A stretch of 64,000 bases of DNA. Origin: Neodothiora populina. Taxonomy: Eukaryota. The position numbers and the translations under genes are program-made. Shown one piece after another: positions 57,301 to 64,000 of this stretch. Location of the stretch: the NCBI RefSeq assembly GCF_041146345.1, contig NW_027191409.1:806001-870000 (forward strand), in the 5' to 3' direction. The notes beneath the pieces are model-generated. The model did no database searches, was not told the origin of the DNA, and saw nothing but the letters and a program-made list of their open reading frames with translations. Positions within the stretch are counted from its first letter, which is position 1. The number at the start of each line of letters is the position of its first letter.

Positions 57301-58475
57301 GTCTTGTTCGAGTGCTCCAAATAGAAGTCGACTTCCGCTCCGTGTCTTGTACTTTTCTGGTCGAAATAATTATTTCACAAGGTACTGTTGGCTGGCATCA
57401 AAAGGTATTGCCTCTTCCTACCCTTGCGACTTCCCCCCCAAATCTCCAACCATCTTTTCGCTCGTTTCAAGCCACGACGCGCGCCTCTTTTCCTGGCGCC
57501 AATCATTCGATCACTTCTTTTTCCACAACTGCAGCGGCATAATAGCAGTCAGAGAGGGCAGATAGTGTACATCATCGGCGGCGGCAGTATCAGTACCCGG
57601 TTCTCGTCACAGTCCTGCGCAGAGTACGGCGACATTACATTACACAAACCTGGAACACGACGCCTCATGCTGCATCCTTAATAGGCCTTGTCCAGGACTT
57701 TTACAATAGTGGCAGCCCAAAGTCTCATGATCTCATATCAATTGGGCGCACATCTCTGAACATTGACTGAGGGCAGGTTCACGCTCCTGCACCACTTACC
57801 CTGGCGCCTGCAGCAACAGCTCACCGCGTTTGGATTGACTGGTTGTGTTTCGAGCGCGCAAACTCGGCGCAAACTTCGAGCTGCTGCTGCATCCTGCAAC
57901 TCGTCCGGCCTGTGTAACGTGTGGTGGGCATTCGACCACGAAACCCTCGGATTGCCGTTCCCACCTGCTCTGCTCGTGCAAGAGTCTGACGCAAGAAGAA
58001 AAGACGTTTTGTTGTGCATTCGGGCCTTTCTTGAACGCAAAGACGTCCAAAAACTAACTCCTACCTTAATTGTCCACTACCACGGACCGCCTCGCATTTT
58101 CTCCCTGTCCTTTTACCTGGGACAAGCGCTTTTCAAATCTGCTCTAGACTCGTTGTGTGGCTCCAGTCGTTGCCGTAGTTGCATCCGGTGTCATCTCCGT
58201 TGACAGACTCGAAGACAAGGCCTTGGGCTCTTTCTCGCTGTTCTTCGAATCAGAGACAGTTGTTGCCTAGTGTCAAGTCTGCACAGGATTAGCAGACTTC
58301 TCAGAACAACCCGACTTGCGTCTCTGCCCCGCTTTGGCTCACCCCTTCGTTTTTCTTCGGACTTGTAGTATACCCGGTCATTGTTCTTTTTCTGTTCTTA
58401 CTGCCTCACCTCGTATTTCCCCCTTTCGCTCAGAAATTTCGGAGTTACGGACCAACCCGTCACAAACAGCACACC

Positions 58476-59895
58476 ATGGCAGCACCACCACAAAACCTAC
58501 CACCTCCATACCCACCCGCCGGCTACGGTCCGTCGTCTCACTACGATCAGAAACCCCCACCCATGGGCCCCAACGGCCAGGGTATGGGGATGAACACGAT
58601 GGCAGCGACCAATCAGATGGCGGCGCAATCTCTAGAGCGAGAAAAGGACGGGAAGAGATACACGTACGTCCCGAGCGCCATCCCCTGGTCCGCCATGTGC
58701 ACGCTGACACGTTGTGCAGTCTCCGAGTTGAGCAACAGCCCGTCCGAGCGCGCATGTGTGGCTTCGGTGACAAGGTAAGCGACATCCAATCTTTCTCGAA
58801 ATCAAGGCCATGGGTTCTGGCTTGGGGGTCTTCTTATTTCATCTGCATTTTCTGAGACAAAGTTTGTCCTATAGGATCGGAGACCAATCACGCCTCCGCC
58901 ATGCATCAGGCTCATCGTGACGGACATCAAGACCGGGCTTGAGATACCAGCTGAGTATGTTGTTGCAACTTTGATGTTTTTAATATCAGCGTTACGAGGC
59001 TGATGATACTTCTTCTCCGCCATTGCAGTCAAACGGACCCCACCTTCTTTGTTCTCCAAGTCGATCTTTGGGATGACACGGGTTTGCACGAGAAGAACGT
59101 CGTGAGAGCAGCAAGCAACTCTCCCGCCACATCCATCTCGACCGCCACAACCACATCTTACCCACCTCCACCAGATCGAGTCTATGCGGTGCCTCAGCCG
59201 CCGATGGGCGCCGTGTTCCAACACTCGTACGGTGGTCAGATGATGGCTCCCTCGCAGCCTCCAAACCCGTATGCGCCTCAAATGTACCAACAGCCACAAT
59301 CGTTGCCATCAATGTACCCCCCTAGTCCTCAAACAGGATACTATCCTCCTCCGTCCATGCAGCAATCGGCTTATCCAGGCTATCCTGGGGGCCCATCTGC
59401 TGGACCAGGTCCCATGGGATATCCTGCCTATTCGCCCGCAGTCATCCCGCAGCCTCCGCAAACCGGCATGTTCACGAGAAATCTCATCGGAAGTCTTACA
59501 GTGAATGCATTCACTCTGAAAGATCCCAAGGGCAAGGAAGGTCACTGGTTCATCCTCCAGGATCTTTCTGTTCGAACCGAAGGAACGTTTAGGTGCGTTT
59601 TTCCTTTTGTTGCAAGCTAGTCCCCTCACTGACATGGTTTTCGTACTGCAGATTGAAGATGAACTTTGTCGATGTAGGCGCCGCGATGGGCGATGGTAGA
59701 CAGGGACTCAACCGAGCCACCGCACCCGTTCTCGCATCGGTCTTCTCGCAGCCTTTCCAGGTATTTTCAGCGAAGAAGTTCCCTGGCGTCATTGAGAGCA
59801 CAGAGCTCAGCAAGACATTTGCCGGACAGGGAATCAAGATCCCAATCCGCAAGGATGGCGGCAAGTCTGATAACAAGGAGGAAGACGACGACTAG
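58476..59895 (+). CDS. velB: Velvet complex subunit B (5 exons)
   Basis: Spliced [31 protein letters not shown]...FFVLQVDLW, Pro/Gln-rich insertion, [15 protein letters not shown]...[20 protein letters not shown]...[32 protein letters not shown] velvet domain split by an insertion and running to the C-terminus is the VelB architecture. Confidence 0.92.
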
Positions 59896-60922
59896 GGTCT
59901 CTCGAGGGCTCTCAATTTTCATACACAAAGAACCCAACACTCGCCTGAGTCGACCCGGACCGGACCTCCTGGAATGAAATGAGTCGGGCTTTCGGCTTGT
60001 TACCGTCTAAAGCCTTGACCAGCGCGAGTCTATCAAACAGCCTCGTGAGCCGCGGATCAGATGATGACCAAAAGACTAAGATGAGCTCCAGGCTCTGGAA
60101 CAGGGCTGATGGGAACGATCCTGGGAAGAATGAGTCGGAGGACATTGGGCCCAGGCTCTTTCTACGTGTAGGACCGCATCGCCAAATCTTCGCTGTGGAA
60201 GACCTGTCCACAAATATAGCGGGATCGGATGTAGTCCTCCCAGTCCAACCATTCATTTCTCCGTCTACAAGACACCAAGACCGATCCTGGGACAGAAAAG
60301 CAATGCAGCGATTTTCTACAAAGCTATCAGCGAGTATTGGGGAGGCTCTCAAAACGAGAGGCATGAGAACGAGAAAGAGGAGAAAGAAGTCCTCGCACAC
60401 GCTCGTCTGGGGTTTCTACGCTCTGTCAATGCGAAAGAGAGCGAGTCTCTCGTTTAGTCAGTTCGCGCTGTCTTCCTTACACCGGACACGAAAACATCCA
60501 GGAGCTATCCATAACCCGCTAAAGACGAGCAATCACCAAGAAATAGAAACGCCGATGAGCAATGACTTTGTTGCTCAGGAGGGGCTCCAGGATCCATTTG
60601 GGAGGCTCGGCATGATCCTCATTCAATCACTTTTCTCCCTGTTCCCCTCTTCCTCCTCTTCGACTTGTGATGATCCCCGAAAGAGGAAACGCAAAAGCAA
60701 GAAGAAGCAAGAAGAAGCAAGATGATTTTTATCACTTTTCCACTTGTTCGAACTGTTATTACTACAACCCCTTTCAACTATCCACTCTTCTCCACCTTGC
60801 CGGATATCTGGTCCCTTTCTTGGTGTTTCTACGAGCAGTATTAGTAGCTTTTTCTGGGACGATTGCTGTCGTCGTCGTTTTGTCGGTTTTTGTTATTGTT
60901 GTTGTTCGTTCTTAGAATACAT

Positions 60923-60943
60923 TATATATATATATATATATAT
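60923..60943 (+). repeat. (TA)n microsatellite between the convergent velB and AVT genes
   Basis: tatatata... run seen directly. Confidence 0.85.
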
Positions 60944-61431
60944 ACACTTGTATTACTATTGCTTGCTCTTTTTTCTTCACTACCGCCGATTGGCGTTATC
61001 GTTGATGTGCTTAGATTGGATATGTATGCGTGACTCGTCATATGGTTTGTGGTTGGAGTAGGTATATATAGAGGGAAAACAGGATATATGTACCGTACTC
61101 ATGCTTGGTTTTTCCATCGCGTTGCTGCTATGTACTATATATAACCTGTCTGTCTGTCTGTGTGATTGACTGCTCTCGGAACTTCTCGAGTCGCGCATGT
61201 CTTTCCCTTGGCTTTCCTCGCTCGCTTCTTGCTCGTTCACCCGCTGCTTGCCATCCATGTTGGATTCGTCGCCTATCCCAAGCATTTACTCTGCTAAAAG
61301 CAAAAGCGAAGAATTCGGAACATGAATTTTCTCTCCCCTGCCTGCCTGCCTGCCTGCGTTCTCTTTCTCCACTCTCATGCCCAGAACACACCCTGAACAC
61401 GAAGTAGACCGGAATCAGAAGCAAAAGGCGA

Positions 61432-63852
61432 CTACTTGTCATCACAATACCCAGGCGCCTTGACATCGCTGCCCCCCGCCCAGCTGATGACGGTCAGAGC
61501 GGTCGTGTAGCCCATGACAGCGAAGCCGAAGAGGACGAGACACACGTCTGCGATTTTCTTCCATGTCTTGCCGTCTGCTGCTGTGCGGTAGTGCATGAGA
61601 GGCTAGTGAAGAAGAAAAAAAAAAGGGTCAGCTGTTGGGTTCTCTTTTGTTTGTTTTGGGTTTTCGGAAGGGGGGGAAAAAGGACTTACGGGGTAAATGT
61701 ACACCAGAGGCACGCAAGCGAAACTTCCGACGATGGCGACGAATTTGTCTAGATCGTTGGATCCGGCGTACGCAATGGCTCCGCACAGGATGACCATGAA
61801 GAAGCGGAAGACGTTCTTCTCCCATTTGATCCTGGGGTTGTATTTTCCTGTCCTGCTGAATAACTGCTGCGACGTGATTTCGATGGCGGGGTAGATCTGC
61901 AGAGGAGTCGATAGCAAGATGGCCACCGAGTAAATAAACTGGACGCCGTTGACCATCTTGCTGTCCTGAGGCATGTTGAGCAGAATGACGGTCTTGGTCG
62001 CGGATCCGTATGCTGCGTACGACAAGGCGCCGATGGATACCATGACTACGGTCACCACTGCCATGACCACTCCGAGAACTTTGGGGAATTTCTCTGGGTT
62101 CTTCATGCCTGACTGGATGGGAATGATGAGTCCTATTCCTTCGAATGTGAAGATGGCGGTTCCGATGAACAGAGTCCAGTCGTTGCTGTTGAAAAGCTCA
62201 ATGTCTGCTATGCCGTGATTGGTCGCCAATGTGAAAATATCGTAGTAGTACAAGTAGACAAGACCGAGCACGATAAAAGCGTCAGCAACTAGTGCTGGTT
62301 TCTGAATGTTGTTGATATTGCGGTAGAGACTCAGGGGCATGAAAATGACAATTTGCAGCAAGATCAGCCATTTAATGTCGACGAAAGTGCGACATTTCGT
62401 CACTGCCGAAATAAAAGCTTGCAGGTTCTCGCCGACGAAGACGATATATGCAGCTGCGAATCCTATTTGACTGACGACAAGCGAAAAGTTGATGAGGTTG
62501 CGGAAGTGCTTGCCGTAGATTTGTCCTCCCATGTCGCCGAATGAGGCGTGGATTCGCAGTCGGACGTTGACCAACAGAATAAAGCACCAGAAGCTGAGGG
62601 CGGCAATGAGCAAGAGAACGACGTTGCTGAAAAGCATACCACCGTTGAGAAAAGCTCGAGGCAGAAAGAGGACACCGGTTCCGACAAACGACTTCAACAG
62701 AAGCAGAGCGGCACCACCAGGACTGGCACCACCGGCCTTCTTGACCTTTCTTCTTCTCCTTCTCTTGCTCGGAGTCAGAAGAGCACTGTCTTCTCCGTAC
62801 TCTTCGTCTTCGTCGCGCTCTTCTCCATCCGTAGTGGTGTCGTCGTATTCGGAAGAGAAGTACTCGTCGGGGCCAAGATTCTCGTCATCCTCGTCAAGCG
62901 TCTCACCAGCGAAGTGCCCGTAAAGCGTGAGAAACTCGATGAAGTTATTGGCGACAAACTGAGGTTTGTTCCTGGGCGGTTCGGTGACAGAACGGGAATT
63001 GGAAGGGCGAGGTTCACGCCCGCTGTCGGGGCTCGGAGATGCAGCAGTTCTGCGGATGAATTCTCTTCGCAGACCACCGGGTTTCTTGATGTTTGCGACT
63101 TCGGGATCCTCATCATCGCGCGGCAGATTCATACTCAAACTTCTCCTCAACCGGCCATCCCGACGTTCGTCCTCCTCGGCAAGCTGCCTCTCTTTCGCAT
63201 CCGTGTAGCGGTAGATGTGTCTCGTCATGTCTCCACCTTGCAGCTGCAGACTGTCGAACGCATCGTCATCTTCCTCATCCTCTTCCTCGAGTGCAGGTCT
63301 GGCGGGACTGCCTTCAGCCTGCGCTCTGAGATTGCTGCCAGAAGATCTGGTTCCGGGCCCGACGAGATGTCTCCTCAATACCTCAATGTCTTCGGTCCTA
63401 CCCGGACTGCGACCGACACTGCTGTCACGGTGAGACCCAGCAAACGACCCGTAATTGCTCCTCGGTCCGGCCCCAGCTCGGAAGGACGAAGGGCCACTCG
63501 GAGATTCGGAGGGACCAGGAAGGTTTCCGAACCGGGGCGGGCTTTGTCCGAGAGACTGCTTGATGGCAGCAGAAAGGGAAGACGGGCCGGGTCCCGACCC
63601 GGCAATGTTGTGTGGTCTCGAGGCAGACCTGCCGGGCAGAGGGGTAGCGCTTTCCGAGTTGTCGTTAGAGCGCTGGGTAGCTATCTGTCGCACAGTCGGT
63701 GGTGTCCCGGGGACAGGTGAAGCTAAACGGGCTGTGGAGAAGCTCCGTGTTGATGGTGAACCAAAGGGAGAAGACTCGCGGCGAGATGAAGACGTCTGAG
63801 CAGGTTGGGCCTGAGATGAAGTCGAGGCGCTCCGGCTGTGTGATGATGCCAT
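61432..63852 (-). CDS. Vacuolar neutral amino acid transporter (AAAP family, Avt3/Avt4-like); intron ~61690-61603
   Basis: LQGGDMTRHIY, NNFIEFLTLYGHFAGE, LLLKSFVGTGVLFLPRAF.NGG, GTAIFTFEGIGLIIPI, VGSFACVPLVYIYP|PLMHY; last exon ends ...PGYCDDK*. Confidence 0.92.
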
Positions 63853-64000
63853 GATGGGTTGGATGATTGGTCAAACTTGTTGATGTTTGGTAATTGTATC
63901 ACACACACAGAGACAGACGCTGATCGAAGGTATCCAGCCCTTGTCAGCTTAACGTCGCCGAGTATAAATTGATTGATTTGATTTCTTGTGTCGACAAGGG

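Noticed and set aside
59979..60725. 248-aa ORF downstream of velB
   Set aside because: No recognisable motif, atypical composition, starts 84 bp after the velB stop; most likely 3' UTR, though not excluded.
62548..63720. Long antisense or alternate-frame ORFs (e.g. 62548-63720, 1246-2109, 9946-10716, 6143-6766, 38085-38753)
   Set aside because: Shadows of GC-rich, codon-biased real genes.

Overview
Gene-dense eukaryotic window from a filamentous ascomycete: short GT-AG introns with CTRAY branch points, a velvet gene and Pezizomycotina-type proteins. Eurotiomycetes/Chaetothyriales-like is an impression only. About 22 protein-coding loci, mostly housekeeping: Moco sulfurase, RRS1, RIB4, a C2-domain protein, an M20 peptidase, MPC1, SmB, RPL11, a sarcosine-oxidase-like flavoprotein, MTC5/WDR59, UBC13, a cation/Ca exchanger, a CSC1/OSCA channel, AP-3 delta, VelB and an AVT3-like transporter. 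I could not support any rRNA, tRNA, CRISPR array or intact transposon. The unusual signal is a set of interrupted reading frames among otherwise intact genes. (i) An F-box gene is broken only by one in-frame TAG at a position where Trp is expected: a candidate for UAG->UIG A-to-I correction or readthrough, or a young pseudogene. (ii) A large uncharacterised gene with a Cys-rich C-terminus carries in-frame TAGs, frameshifts and a degenerate ~105-nt repeat. (iii) A branched-chain aminotransferase has five +1 homopolymer insertions. (iv) The AP-3 delta C-terminus appears to switch frame in an A9 run. Splicing oddities include GC-AG introns, a 9-nt microexon and a duplicated symmetric exon in SmB. 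All family calls come from motif recognition by eye; no database searches were run.
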